In this document: piece after piece, positions 27,378-37,142 of the stretch
How the letters are laid out: every line of letters begins with the position of its first letter
Numbering within the stretch: position 1 is the stretch's first letter
Assembly (NCBI GenBank): GCA_964474435.1
Contig: CAYYSI010000002.1
Span: 26,193 to 90,192 of the forward strand
Reading direction: 5' to 3'
DNA length: 64,000 nt
Origin: an uncultured Candidatus Saccharibacteria bacterium
GTDB taxonomy: Bacteria; Patescibacteriota; Minisyncoccia; Phycocordibacterales; UBA9973
Made by a program: the position numbers and the translations under genes
The notes under the pieces: generated by a model
What the model saw: the letters and a program-made list of their open reading frames with translations, nothing else
The model's database searches: none
Told to the model about the DNA's origin: nothing

Positions 27378-27560
27378 TTATCTAACTACAACAGACTTAA
27401 GGAGTTCGCGGAACAGCGCATCAAATCCCCCGAGCATATACCCGAGTGCGAGCGAAAACAAAATGATAATGATCGCGTACAACAGTGCGCGGCGTCGAGT
27501 TGGCCATACGACATGGCGAAGTTCGGTTCGTGTTTCTTTGAGGAATTGGATTGGTTTCAT
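27378..27560 (-). CDS. secE: preprotein translocase subunit SecE
   Basis: About 60 aa; FLKETRTELRHVVWPTRRR followed by a single TM helix; immediately upstream of nusG. Confidence 0.7.
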   Translation of the reverse strand: MKPIQFLKETRTELRHVVWPTRRRALLYAIIIILFSLALGYMLGGFDALFRELLKSVVVR

Positions 27561-27740
27561 GGATATTTTTCGGTTACTAAAAAACGCCCCGGGAGGCATT
27601 ACCGTTTGATAATACCCTGGGGACGTAAATTAGTCAAATAGACGTTCCTTGCTCCAATATGATATCTGGCTGCAGAACTCGGCTACGCCTCAGACAGGCT
27701 TCGCCAGACATCATAGTGAGCTTCGTCACTCCGAGCTATT

Positions 27741-28532
27741 TTATTGGATCTCGTACACAAGCGTCACGTTGGCCTGCACATTCTGTTCTCCAACAGGAAG
27801 GCTTGGGGCTGTGGCGCGTTCGAGCTTGGCACCAGACATAGCATCCTGTGCATACATTGGCACTGGGTATCCTCCCCCATTTTCACTAAATGACACGATG
27901 CGCACAAGTCTGACACCAAGACTCTTGGCGAGTTTTTTTGCTTCTTCTTTGGCATCGTCGATCGCGAGGTCGCGGGCTTCGCGAGCGATAGTGGTGTCAT
28001 CATCAAATCCAAAGTTTGGACCAGAGAGATCGGTCACGCCATTTTGTCCGAGGATTTCGAGGACTGTTGGGACAGTGTCGAGATTTTTCACACTAACGGT
28101 GATGTTATGTGAGACTTGATATCCACGAAGCACAGGTGTGCTGTTTGATGGACACGGAGTTGTGATGCAGCGGATCGTGTTGACGTAGTCATACTGCGGA
28201 TATGAATTGTATGAAACAGTTTTGATGTACTTTTCATCGATACCAGCAGCCTTGAGTGCTGCAGTGATCATATCGACTTTCGTCGTGACATTGTCTTGTG
28301 CAGATTTGAGAGACTTTTGTTCGTTTTGCACGGTAAATGAAATCTTTGCAGTGTCGGGCGCGCGATCAACTTTGCCAGTTCCTGAGACAGTGATGGTGTT
28401 AGTTGCACTCACACCAGTGCCAATATATTTGAGCTCTTTGAGTTTCCCAAGAGAAGCCGCAACGAGGAAAATCGCAACAAAAATAACAATGAGTCTGATA
28501 ATACCTTTATTTTGTTCAATAAATGTTTGCAT
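27741..28532 (-). CDS. SIMPL-domain (DUF541) membrane-anchored protein
   Basis: N-terminal TM then a SIMPL-like periplasmic domain (..VSGTGKV...P D.A......). Confidence 0.6.
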   Translation of the reverse strand: MQTFIEQNKGIIRLIVIFVAIFLVAASLGKLKELKYIGTGVSATNTITVSGTGKVDRAPDTAKISFTVQNEQKSLKSAQDNVTTKVDMITAALKAAGIDEKYIKTVSYNSYPQYDYVNTIRCITTPCPSNSTPVLRGYQVSHNITVSVKNLDTVPTVLEILGQNGVTDLSGPNFGFDDDTTIAREARDLAIDDAKEEAKKLAKSLGVRLVRIVSFSENGGGYPVPMYAQDAMSGAKLERATAPSLPVGEQNVQANVTLVYEIQ

Positions 28533-28559
28533 GACTCTAGTATACCAAATCTGGTACAA

Positions 28560-29234
28560 CTAGTTCATTTCATCGGCTATCAGCTTCCCATCCCCAAGCG
28601 TAATGATACGGTGTGTGAGTGCTGCGTATTCTGGTTCATGAGTCACCATGATGATGGTCTGGCCTTCCTTGTTGAGCTCGAGGAATGCATCAAGCACATT
28701 GCGGGAGGTTTCTGAGTCGAGGTTTGCCGTTGGTTCATCTGCAAAGACAATTTTCGGATTGTGCCCAATCGCACGTGCGATCGACACGCGCTGTTGTTGA
28801 CCTCCCGAGAGCTGTCCCGGCAAGTTGTGCATACGATCCCCGAGTCCGATACGCGTGAGTGCTGCGGCAGCTTTTTTCACAGCTTCTTTTTCGGACACGC
28901 CTTGCATAAGGAGTGGCACCATCACATTTTCGAGTGCGGTGAGTGTCGGCAGGATCGCATAGTCCTGGAAGATATATCCAAGCGCATGGAGTCGCAGGAG
29001 TGTTTGTTCGTTGTCAGAGAGTTTAGTTATATCGATACCATCGATGAGCACAGTGCCGTCCGTTGGCCGATCGAGGAGTCCGAGTTGGTACAACAACGTC
29101 GACTTCCCACTTCCCGATCGTCCCGTGATCGCGACAAACTGTCCTTCGGGTATGGCAAATGACACATCATCGACGGCGCGAATCTCGTCTTCTCCACTTT
29201 TGAATATTTTGAATAAGTTTTTGACGGTAATCAT
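28560..29234 (-). CDS. ABC transporter ATP-binding protein (MacB/LolD-type)
   Basis: Walker A GRSGSGKST, signature LSGGQQQRV, Walker B IVFADEPT. Confidence 0.85.
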   Translation of the reverse strand: MITVKNLFKIFKSGEDEIRAVDDVSFAIPEGQFVAITGRSGSGKSTLLYQLGLLDRPTDGTVLIDGIDITKLSDNEQTLLRLHALGYIFQDYAILPTLTALENVMVPLLMQGVSEKEAVKKAAAALTRIGLGDRMHNLPGQLSGGQQQRVSIARAIGHNPKIVFADEPTANLDSETSRNVLDAFLELNKEGQTIIMVTHEPEYAALTHRIITLGDGKLIADEMN

Positions 29235-29269
29235 AGGATTTTATTTATCGGAAAAAGAAATGTTCATGA

Positions 29270-30547
29270 TTATCTTCCCAATATTGCTGATAATGTATTT
29301 TGCTTGATGACAATACGTGCGGGAATGTAGCCTGCCACGATCGTTGCAACGAGCAAGATCACCATACGGATAAATGTGCCGCCGACTGTGGCAACGAGAA
29401 TACCATCAGAGAATGGGAAATCAATCGGATGTGCGACGAATAGTGGTTTGAGCAATGCAAACACTACGAATCCTCCGATGATCGAACCAGCAAGTGCATA
29501 AAAAATAGATTGGATCATGTATGAGATCGCGATGGCACGGGGTGCGATGCCGATCCCTTTGAGGATCCCAATGTATCGGCGTCGTGTGATGGCGTTCACA
29601 AAGATGACGATGAAGATCGTGATCGCCGCAACGACCAATCCGATCGAGGAGATCGCATTTCCAAGTATGCCAAATGTTGCCTGGATATCCTTGAGGAACT
29701 TTGGCAGTGCTTCATCATGTGTTTGGACGCGACCATAGTCACCCACTCCACTTTGGATAAGCATTGCCTTGGCTTGCACGGGATCAGTACCAGGCGTGAG
29801 CTGGATGGCGATTTGGTTTGCATTGTAATCAGAGCGCCCAATGAGTTTGCGTGCCTCAGAGTCGAGCATGACCACTGAGCTATCAAAGGTGTCGACCTTG
29901 CTCGAGATGATGCCTTTTACATAATATTCCTTTTGCACATCACCGATCGTAATCTTGATACGAGACCCGATCGAGACATCCTTAAGAGTTTGAAATCCTG
30001 GCGCTTCGATTGGCGTGTATTTGTAAAGCAGGTTTTTGCCCAGGACGACTGAGTCACTATCCCCTGGTTCGATAAATGATCCTTCGACAATAAATTTATC
30101 AACACCAGAAAACGCGTGCTCATTCGTTGGATCAATACCCAACAGCGACCCTCCAGCTCCATCACGAAGTTCGTCCGGACGAATCGTTGTTCGATAATTT
30201 GATTCAACACGTGCACTTCCCGTATAGCGCACTGCGAGTGCCTTGTACCCCGGCAATGTCTTTGCGATGGCAACGGCTTCGGGAGTGTGTTCGATGTATG
30301 CCTTGTTCAAAAATGGCGAGACCAAGATATCGCCTGATGAATATTGTTTGTCTGCACTGACTGACCCTTCGATCAATCCGACAAGGATACCCGAGACAAC
30401 GACGAGGTTAAGGAATGTGAGCAACATCACAAAGACGATGAGTGCTGTCGTCCATGGATTGGCGCGTTTGAGATCACGCTTGGCAAGAAAAAGCCCGACA
30501 ACACCGTCGATATGGAGTCGTTTCCAGTAGCTTTTCTTTGCAGGCAT
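29270..30547 (-). CDS. ABC transporter permease, FtsX/MacB-type with a large periplasmic domain
   Basis: N-terminal TM, about 250-aa periplasmic domain, then a C-terminal 3-TM FtsX domain; start at MPAKK (ATG 30547), 1 nt after the upstream stop. Confidence 0.75.
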   Translation of the reverse strand: MPAKKSYWKRLHIDGVVGLFLAKRDLKRANPWTTALIVFVMLLTFLNLVVVSGILVGLIEGSVSADKQYSSGDILVSPFLNKAYIEHTPEAVAIAKTLPGYKALAVRYTGSARVESNYRTTIRPDELRDGAGGSLLGIDPTNEHAFSGVDKFIVEGSFIEPGDSDSVVLGKNLLYKYTPIEAPGFQTLKDVSIGSRIKITIGDVQKEYYVKGIISSKVDTFDSSVVMLDSEARKLIGRSDYNANQIAIQLTPGTDPVQAKAMLIQSGVGDYGRVQTHDEALPKFLKDIQATFGILGNAISSIGLVVAAITIFIVIFVNAITRRRYIGILKGIGIAPRAIAISYMIQSIFYALAGSIIGGFVVFALLKPLFVAHPIDFPFSDGILVATVGGTFIRMVILLVATIVAGYIPARIVIKQNTLSAILGR

Positions 30548-30548
30548 A

Positions 30549-32009
30549 TTATTTGGCAGCGGGTGCAGTCCAGAGCACCTTGTCACCTTCGACGAGTCCA
30601 CTTTGTATTTCGACCAAATCTCCGTCACCCTTGAGTCCTGTAGTGACCACACGCTCAAATGTCTTTTGGTGTCGTTCGTCAGTGACAAATGCAACCGTAG
30701 TCACACCATCTTTGGTGGTGAGCACGCGACCTGGGACCACAAGGATGTTATCGATCGACGCAGTGCGCACGGTCATGTTTGCAGTCATCCCTGGTCTGAT
30801 ACCATCAGTCTCTGTGAGAAGTGCCTTGATTTTGTAATTGACGACATTGTTTTCAATCGTTGCGGCAGGATCGATCGAGGAGACTGTTGCCTGATACGTG
30901 TCTCCACTAAATGCATCAAAGGTAACCGTGACTGACTGACCAAGTGCAACACTTTTGATATTGCTTTCGTTGACGTTTGCTTCGAGGTAGAGGTTGGATA
31001 CATCTTGGAGTGCGATCGCCTGTTTACCAATCTGTGGTATTTCACCAACCTTTACATCCACTGCAGTGATCGTGCCATCTGCCGGTGCGCGAAGGATCGT
31101 CTTTTCAAGTGCTGCATTTGCACTGTCGACTCCTGCTTGTGCAGTCACAAGGTCTGCAAGTGCTGCGTCCACATCGGGTTGTCGTGCCGTTGCGCGAGTG
31201 ATATCAAGGGCGGCCTGCTTTTCATCCACTGCTGCCTTGTTTGCAATGTATGACGCGCTCTCAACATTGGGGATTGTGACGGTCCACTTTTCATTACTAA
31301 ATTGTGATTGCGATCCTGACGGAAATTGGATGTAGAGCCCTTTGGTACCGAGTGGTACTGGTGTCAGATCGCTAGCACGAAGTTTGCCACGCTCAAGTCC
31401 ACTATAGATAAGCGTGTTTTGCGCAGTCGTATCAAGCTCGAGCATGTACACACCTTCGGTCCCTGTGTATGTACCAGAAATAACGGGTGTGATGGCAGTA
31501 TTTGCATTAGAAGGATCTTCGGACTTTGCAAAGAGGTCGTCACTCATGAGTGCGCGGCGAGCGTTTTCGAGTTGTACCTGCGCAAGCTTCACTTCCTGAC
31601 TTGAAGAACCTTCGAGGACCTTGTTGTAGCGAGCACGTGCCGCAAGGAGGGCACCTTTTGCAGAACTCACCGCTGCACGCTCAGTACCATTTGAAAGGTT
31701 TGCGAGGATGTCCCCTTTTTTGACCTTTGTCCCGACCACTACCTTGATACTTGAGACCATCTTGCTCTGCTCAAATCCGAGAGAGAGATCAGTCGAGCTC
31801 ACCACTGACCCACTTGCCGCAATCGTGCGCACGAGGTTTTGGCGCTTCACGGTTTCAATAGCGGTGTCTCCTGTATCGCCTCCACGTTTAAATATAATGA
31901 GAAGGACGATGGCAAGAAGCACGCCATACAAGATCTTGCGGCGAGTTGATTGGCGTTTCCACCAGCCCAAGATGCGCTTGGGTATTGATTGTTTGATCGG
32001 TGTATTCAT
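30549..32009 (-). CDS. efflux periplasmic adaptor (HlyD/MacA-family membrane fusion protein)
   Basis: N-terminal TM, coiled-coil and lipoyl/beta-barrel regions; first gene of a three-gene operon with the FtsX-like permease and the ABC ATPase. Confidence 0.75.
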   Translation of the reverse strand: MNTPIKQSIPKRILGWWKRQSTRRKILYGVLLAIVLLIIFKRGGDTGDTAIETVKRQNLVRTIAASGSVVSSTDLSLGFEQSKMVSSIKVVVGTKVKKGDILANLSNGTERAAVSSAKGALLAARARYNKVLEGSSSQEVKLAQVQLENARRALMSDDLFAKSEDPSNANTAITPVISGTYTGTEGVYMLELDTTAQNTLIYSGLERGKLRASDLTPVPLGTKGLYIQFPSGSQSQFSNEKWTVTIPNVESASYIANKAAVDEKQAALDITRATARQPDVDAALADLVTAQAGVDSANAALEKTILRAPADGTITAVDVKVGEIPQIGKQAIALQDVSNLYLEANVNESNIKSVALGQSVTVTFDAFSGDTYQATVSSIDPAATIENNVVNYKIKALLTETDGIRPGMTANMTVRTASIDNILVVPGRVLTTKDGVTTVAFVTDERHQKTFERVVTTGLKGDGDLVEIQSGLVEGDKVLWTAPAAK

Positions 32010-32029
32010 AGGGGTGATACTAGCACAAG

Positions 32030-32560
32030 CTATTTAATAGCCAAAAGAGTTACATCAAAGATAAGGGTTGCATTTGGTGGGATCGCTCCAGGCACCCCAC
32101 TTGCACCGTAGGCGAGATCTGCAGGGATTGTCAGCGTCCGACTCTCTCCAACCTTCATACCAAGCACTCCATCATCCCACCCTTTGATCACGCGACCTGC
32201 ACCAAGCGGAAATGAGAATCCTTCTGCGCTATGCTTTGCACTTGCATCAAAGACCGTACCATCTTCAAGTTTGCCGACATAACTGACGACTGCAGTCTGT
32301 CCGTTTACGATTTTTTCTCCCGTTCCTTCTTTTGTTGTTTCGATTTTCATATTATTTTTATACGTGATTTTATTTTTTGATAATGGCGGCTTTGCATCGT
32401 ACGTTGGTGCTGGAAGTGGCTCCTGTGGACCAGCAAGTGTTGCATCTGGTGGTGGCAACTGTGCTCGAGAGGCATCGAAACGCTTCGCTGCCCGTACTCC
32501 AATAATGCCGATCACGGCGACGATCAAAACGATACCGATCCATACTTTTGCATGCTTCAT
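32030..32560 (-). CDS. FKBP-type peptidyl-prolyl cis-trans isomerase, membrane-anchored
   Basis: N-terminal TM, Pro-rich linker, FKBP domain (VSYVGKLEDGTVFD...FPLGAGRVIKGWDDGV..M.VGE). Confidence 0.8.
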   Translation of the reverse strand: MKHAKVWIGIVLIVAVIGIIGVRAAKRFDASRAQLPPPDATLAGPQEPLPAPTYDAKPPLSKNKITYKNNMKIETTKEGTGEKIVNGQTAVVSYVGKLEDGTVFDASAKHSAEGFSFPLGAGRVIKGWDDGVLGMKVGESRTLTIPADLAYGASGVPGAIPPNATLIFDVTLLAIK

Positions 32561-32598
32561 AGAAGTCTAGTATAGCATGTCGCCTTGGAGGGGGCTGA

Positions 32599-34464
32599 TT
32601 AGCGCACCTCAAATGCCTGATCTGCCTTGATGCTTGCAACGAGCGGCGCAAACATTTCTTCTACTTCTGTATCGGTCAGCGTTTTGTCGGTAGCTTGAAA
32701 TACAAGTCGATATGCAACACTCGTACGACCGTCTTTGGTAAATCGATCAAACTGCACCGCATCGCGCGCACAGTGCTGTTGTGCAAATGCGTGCACAAGG
32801 TCGGCAAGCTTCTTTTCATCTTGCTCATTCCCTACCCACACGGCAATATCGCGCGTGATGAATGGATATGGAGACCATGCCTTGAATGGTTGTGAAAGGG
32901 AGGCGAGTTCGAGTGAAACATTGTCTGTAACGATCGCATGCTCCTTTATATATTCTTCCAATGTCGTCTCTTTAACATTCCCCTTTTCAATAGTTGCCAC
33001 GTGGATTTCTTCACGATCTGCAAAAAACACAGTCCCGATTTCAAACAATTTCACTTCTTCGATACCCAGGAGTGCGGCGTTTAAACGATTGAGATCATAA
33101 CTTTCTTTGAGTCCATCAGAGAGATTGGTACGAAGTGCGGATTTATCTTTGGGGCCACGTGCGATATATACATCCCCCTTTTTGCGAAATGCATACGTCA
33201 TGACTTCGCGGTATCCATCATGGACAAGCCATGCTCGAGCTGCACGCATGCTCTGGTACGTCGGACTATCATCGACAGGAAGTGTAAATGGAAGTGCTGC
33301 AGACTTGATCGTGTCATACCCCATCACGCGACCTATTTCTTCGGCAATGTCGTGTGCCCCAGTAAGGTCGATACGTTTGTACGGCGCGTGCAATGTAAAA
33401 GTGTCGCCATCATTTGTGTACTCATAATGGTATCGCTTGAACACGGTGTGAATCGTCTCTGCGGTGACACTTGGTCCCAGGAGTCGCGCAATGTCTAGAA
33501 CGGTGAAGGTGATAATGGTTTGCTCAACTGGCTTTGGGTAGTATTCAAATATGCTTGTTGCTTCTCCACCTGCGATGTCTTTGATCAGTGCAATGACCTG
33601 ACTCGCAGCAGATGATGCGATCTGACACGTGAGGTCATTTTCAAATCGTTTGGATGCATCGGTGATCAGTCCGAGCGCGCGAGACGTTTTGCGGATAGAT
33701 GTTGGTTCAAAATTTCCGACTTCAATAATAATAGTTTTAGTGGGTGCGGAGGAAAGTGCCCCATCCGAGTGGTCTGGTACTGACCCGAAGGCCTCTGTTA
33801 ATCCTTCTGAATCGGCACTTTCCGGAGCACCAGATACAATCTCGGCACTCTTGCCACCTTTCACACCTGCAATCGCAAGTGGAGCGAGGTAGTCAGCGAT
33901 GACGAGCATGCTTGGATTGAGTTCTTTTTCTTCACCAGAGAGTGTCGTGATGTGTTCATGCTCATGTGCCATGCGGACGACAATCCCTCCATCGATCGCA
34001 CTTGCATCAAAGGCATGGATTGGTTGTCCACGATCAAAGAGCACGTAGTTGGTCGCATCCACAATGTTGTTGATACTTTTCTGTCCGATATTCGTCAGTG
34101 CCTTTGCAAGCCACGCCGGTGACGGTCCGACATTTACGCTCTCCATCTTGATTGCGATGTACCGACGACAAAGTTCGCTTTGCACTTCAACCTTGAGATC
34201 AAGTGGCTTTTCAGGCAGCACTGTTGGTGCAAGGGGTTTGAGTGTGAGTCCGAGGAGTCCTGCAACTTCACGTGCCATACCATAATGTCCCAGAGCATCA
34301 TGTGCACGATCGGGCAAAACCTTGATATCCATGATCGTGTCGTCATCAACCATTTCCATATCCTCTACTTCAAACGCACCAAATATAATCGTCTGCTTGA
34401 GCGATTCTGGATCAGGCAGCTTTTCCTCAATATGTTTTTGTAGCCAGTTATATGAGTATTTCAT
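32599..34464 (-). CDS. pheT: phenylalanyl-tRNA synthetase beta subunit
   Basis: MKYSYNWLQKHI... canonical PheT start, B3/B4 and B5 domains; 621 aa (shortened). Confidence 0.9.
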   Translation of the reverse strand: MKYSYNWLQKHIEEKLPDPESLKQTIIFGAFEVEDMEMVDDDTIMDIKVLPDRAHDALGHYGMAREVAGLLGLTLKPLAPTVLPEKPLDLKVEVQSELCRRYIAIKMESVNVGPSPAWLAKALTNIGQKSINNIVDATNYVLFDRGQPIHAFDASAIDGGIVVRMAHEHEHITTLSGEEKELNPSMLVIADYLAPLAIAGVKGGKSAEIVSGAPESADSEGLTEAFGSVPDHSDGALSSAPTKTIIIEVGNFEPTSIRKTSRALGLITDASKRFENDLTCQIASSAASQVIALIKDIAGGEATSIFEYYPKPVEQTIITFTVLDIARLLGPSVTAETIHTVFKRYHYEYTNDGDTFTLHAPYKRIDLTGAHDIAEEIGRVMGYDTIKSAALPFTLPVDDSPTYQSMRAARAWLVHDGYREVMTYAFRKKGDVYIARGPKDKSALRTNLSDGLKESYDLNRLNAALLGIEEVKLFEIGTVFFADREEIHVATIEKGNVKETTLEEYIKEHAIVTDNVSLELASLSQPFKAWSPYPFITRDIAVWVGNEQDEKKLADLVHAFAQQHCARDAVQFDRFTKDGRTSVAYRLVFQATDKTLTDTEVEEMFAPLVASIKADQAFEVR

Positions 34465-34466
34465 AG

Positions 34467-34697
34467 TTATGAGAAATCTATATTATTTTCAGCAAGGATA
34501 GTTTTTAATTCTCGTAAGTCTTTAGGGGTAAAGCCAGGCATGTTCTCATGTACAAAATACGCCTCACCCTTTGCAACAATATCGGAAAGGTTTATTAAAT
34601 TTTGAGAGCGAAGCAATTGATCAAGGCGAAGACTAATCTGAACATCGTCAATGCTTTTTCCCTGCTCAAATTGTTTGTTGAAGTTTATTTCACTCAT
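34467..34697 (-). CDS. small protein with an RNA polymerase alpha C-terminal-domain-like helix-hairpin-helix
   Basis: ISLRLDQLLRSQNLINLSDIV...ENMPGFTPKDLRELKTILAENNI parallels the alpha-CTD consensus L.LSVRS.NCL.....i.dL......L...N.G.KSL.EI...L...GL. Encoded between pheS and pheT. Confidence 0.4.
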   Translation of the reverse strand: MSEINFNKQFEQGKSIDDVQISLRLDQLLRSQNLINLSDIVAKGEAYFVHENMPGFTPKDLRELKTILAENNIDFS

Positions 34698-34701
34698 ACT
34701 A

Positions 34702-35391
34702 TTAAAATTGATTGAACCGCAGATCGCCCTGATACGCGAGACGCACGTCAGAGATACCAAACTTCACATTCGCGAGTCGATCGATACCCATACCAAATGC
34801 AAATCCCGTATATGCCTTTGGGTCGTATCCTGCATTGGTGAGCACATTTGGATGCACCATGCCGGCACCACAGACTTCAAGCCACTTCTCACCAACCTTC
34901 ACGTCGACTTCAAATCCCGGTTCGACGAATGGAAAGAAGCTTGGGCGCAATCTGATATCTGCACTTTCTCCAAAAAGCTCTTTGAAAAATGAAAGGAGTG
35001 TGCCCTTGAGGTGCTCGACCGTGATACCCTCGCCCACAACCAATCCTTCGAGTTGATAAAACTGCATTTCATGTGTCGCATCAGTTGCTTCGTTGCGAAA
35101 TACTTTGCCCGGCACGACGATCGCAAATGGTGGTGTGTGGTTTTGCATGTAGCGGATCTGGACCGGACTCGTATGTGTACGCATCACAAATCCTGGTTTG
35201 TCCTTGATCCAAAAGGTGTCTTGCATGTCACGAGCTGGGTGATCCTTCGGGACATTGAGCGCATCAAAGTTGTGCCATTCATCCTCAAGCTCTGGCCCCA
35301 GCGCAACCGAGAAGCCTTGTTTAGCAAGGATAGAGACTGCTTCTTCGGTGACCAATGTCAGTGGGTGCAATGCACCTTTGGGGATTTCCAT
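34702..35391 (-). CDS. pheS: phenylalanyl-tRNA synthetase alpha subunit (catalytic core only; N-terminal coiled-coil domain absent)
   Basis: GFSVALGPELEDEWHNFDALNVPKDHPARDMQDTFW and class II motifs 2 and 3; 229 aa. Confidence 0.85.
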   Translation of the reverse strand: MEIPKGALHPLTLVTEEAVSILAKQGFSVALGPELEDEWHNFDALNVPKDHPARDMQDTFWIKDKPGFVMRTHTSPVQIRYMQNHTPPFAIVVPGKVFRNEATDATHEMQFYQLEGLVVGEGITVEHLKGTLLSFFKELFGESADIRLRPSFFPFVEPGFEVDVKVGEKWLEVCGAGMVHPNVLTNAGYDPKAYTGFAFGMGIDRLANVKFGISDVRLAYQGDLRFNQF

Positions 35392-35494
35392 GTATGGAAA
35401 CTATACAGAAAATGGAGGTTTTTTACAATTTTGGGAAATAAAAAAGCATCCCAATATAATCTGAGATGCTAATTAAAACTTTTGAATCAAATGA

Positions 35495-35695
35495 TCATTC
35501 TTCTAACGTGATCTCGGGTAACAATTTTTTAGCCTCTTCAGTGTTACCGCTTTCTACAGCCTTTAGAAACTTCTGATTTGTTTCTTTCTGCTTTTCTTGT
35601 TCAGCAGGCTTATCGAATTCATTCCATTGATCTGTTAGACATGACCATTTTTCATCACTTGTACAAGTACAAAACTCTCGACGACATTCTGCCAT
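35495..35695 (-). CDS. small hypothetical protein
   Basis: 66-aa ORF followed by a hairpin and T-run; no homology. Confidence 0.25.
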   Translation of the reverse strand: MAECRREFCTCTSDEKWSCLTDQWNEFDKPAEQEKQKETNQKFLKAVESGNTEEAKKLLPEITLEE

Positions 35696-35743
35696 GGCTT
35701 TAATATTTGCCTAGATATTACTCCTGGTCATGGATATGTCAAT

Positions 35744-36679
35744 TTATTTGAAGATCTTTTTCACCTTATCAAAAATTTTCCCAAACGGACTCTTCACCTT
35801 CCCCGCACACCCCTTTGGACAATACGTCATTCCCTTTTTATCCATCTGGGCTTTCTCGCATGATTCACAAATAATGAACTGGCCGTTGCATGCACCACTT
35901 CGGCAGTCAACGATGTTCTCTGATTTGGTGCCACAGTTTTCGCAGGTGCCGATAATGACATGCTTTGGGTCGTCCGTATAAAATCCCATCGCCACACGTC
36001 CATCAAAGACATAGAGCTTGCCTTCGAAGTCTTCGTTTGGATATTTCTCCATATAGCTCACGATCCCACCATCGAGCTGATACACATCCGTGAATCCTTG
36101 GCTGAGCAAATACCCTGACGCCTTTTCACAACGCACGCCGCCAGTACAAACAGTAAGCACGGTTTTATTTTTAAGATGCGCGAGACTCTTCACTACCTTT
36201 TGCAGATCACGGAAATTATTCATCGGAGGACAGATAGAGTCCTTGAACTTCCCAATCGCATGCTCGTACGCGTTGCGCATGTCTACTATATAGAACTCTT
36301 TACCTTCGGCAATCCATTGGTGCAGTTCTTCGGGCTTGAGATGGATACCAGTCATAACGTTCGGATCAATATCACAGACGCCGAGATGTAGTGACACGAT
36401 TTCTGGGCGGACTTTTACTGAGAGTCTTGGGAAGGCATTTCCTGTCCCAACACTTCGCTTCATGTGGATGTTCAAAAAGCGCTCATCTTTTTCCATTTCC
36501 TTGATGAAGGTTTCGGTGTTTTCTATTGCGCCCTCAAGTGTGATGTTCAACCCTTCGGTTGCAACGATCAGTCGCCCTTTGAGCCCAAGCTTTTCACACA
36601 ACGCAAAAAGCCACTCACGAGTTTGCTCGGGGTTTTCGATACGGACGTATTTATAGAATAAGAGAATCTGATATTCCAT
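35744..36679 (-). CDS. trhO: rhodanese-domain tRNA U34 hydroxylase TrhO/YceA-like, with a Cys-rich C-terminal extension
   Basis: MEYQILLFYKY... UPF0176 N-terminus, rhodanese active-site loop CTGGVRCEKAS, C-terminal C-x2-C clusters. Confidence 0.7.
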   Translation of the reverse strand: MEYQILLFYKYVRIENPEQTREWLFALCEKLGLKGRLIVATEGLNITLEGAIENTETFIKEMEKDERFLNIHMKRSVGTGNAFPRLSVKVRPEIVSLHLGVCDIDPNVMTGIHLKPEELHQWIAEGKEFYIVDMRNAYEHAIGKFKDSICPPMNNFRDLQKVVKSLAHLKNKTVLTVCTGGVRCEKASGYLLSQGFTDVYQLDGGIVSYMEKYPNEDFEGKLYVFDGRVAMGFYTDDPKHVIIGTCENCGTKSENIVDCRSGACNGQFIICESCEKAQMDKKGMTYCPKGCAGKVKSPFGKIFDKVKKIFK

Positions 36680-36708
36680 AGTCGCTAGCTTAGCAGAATT
36701 TTGTAGAC

Positions 36709-37137
36709 TTACCAATTATGCTCTCGTTCTTCGTCAACTGTCGTATCTTTCTTTTGGAGATCGAGACATACGCCATTCATACAATACCTGTTACCAGTTG
36801 CGGTTGGGCCATCATTAAAGACGTGCCCGAGGTGGCTCTTGCATCGCGCACATACGACTTCGGTGCGTCGCATACCATGACTGTCATCAACCACTTCCTC
36901 TACAGCTCCAGGGATCGCCTGATCAAATGACGGCCAGCCAGTGCCACTATCAAACTTCGCATCGCTTGCAAAGAGTGGGTTGCCACACGCCGCACACATA
37001 TATGTACCGCTCGCCTTTTCATGTACGAGTTCACTACTCATCCGTGCCTCAGTCCCCTTGCCCCGCAATACTTCGTATTGCTCGGGTGTGAGCTCTGCCT
37101 TCCATTCTTCTTCTGTTTTGATGATTTTATCAGTCAT
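36709..37137 (-). CDS. msrB: peptide-methionine (R)-S-oxide reductase MsrB
   Basis: CAACGNPLF...GWPSF and RCKSHLGHVFNDGP motifs (zinc Cys pairs and catalytic Cys). Confidence 0.9.
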   Translation of the reverse strand: MTDKIIKTEEEWKAELTPEQYEVLRGKGTEARMSSELVHEKASGTYMCAACGNPLFASDAKFDSGTGWPSFDQAIPGAVEEVVDDSHGMRRTEVVCARCKSHLGHVFNDGPTATGNRYCMNGVCLDLQKKDTTVDEEREHNW

Positions 37138-37142
37138 AGATT

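Noticed and set aside
27561-27740. Expected tRNA-Trp upstream of secE
   Set aside because: No cloverleaf could be folded on either strand; only a hairpin with a T-run (terminator-like) is present.
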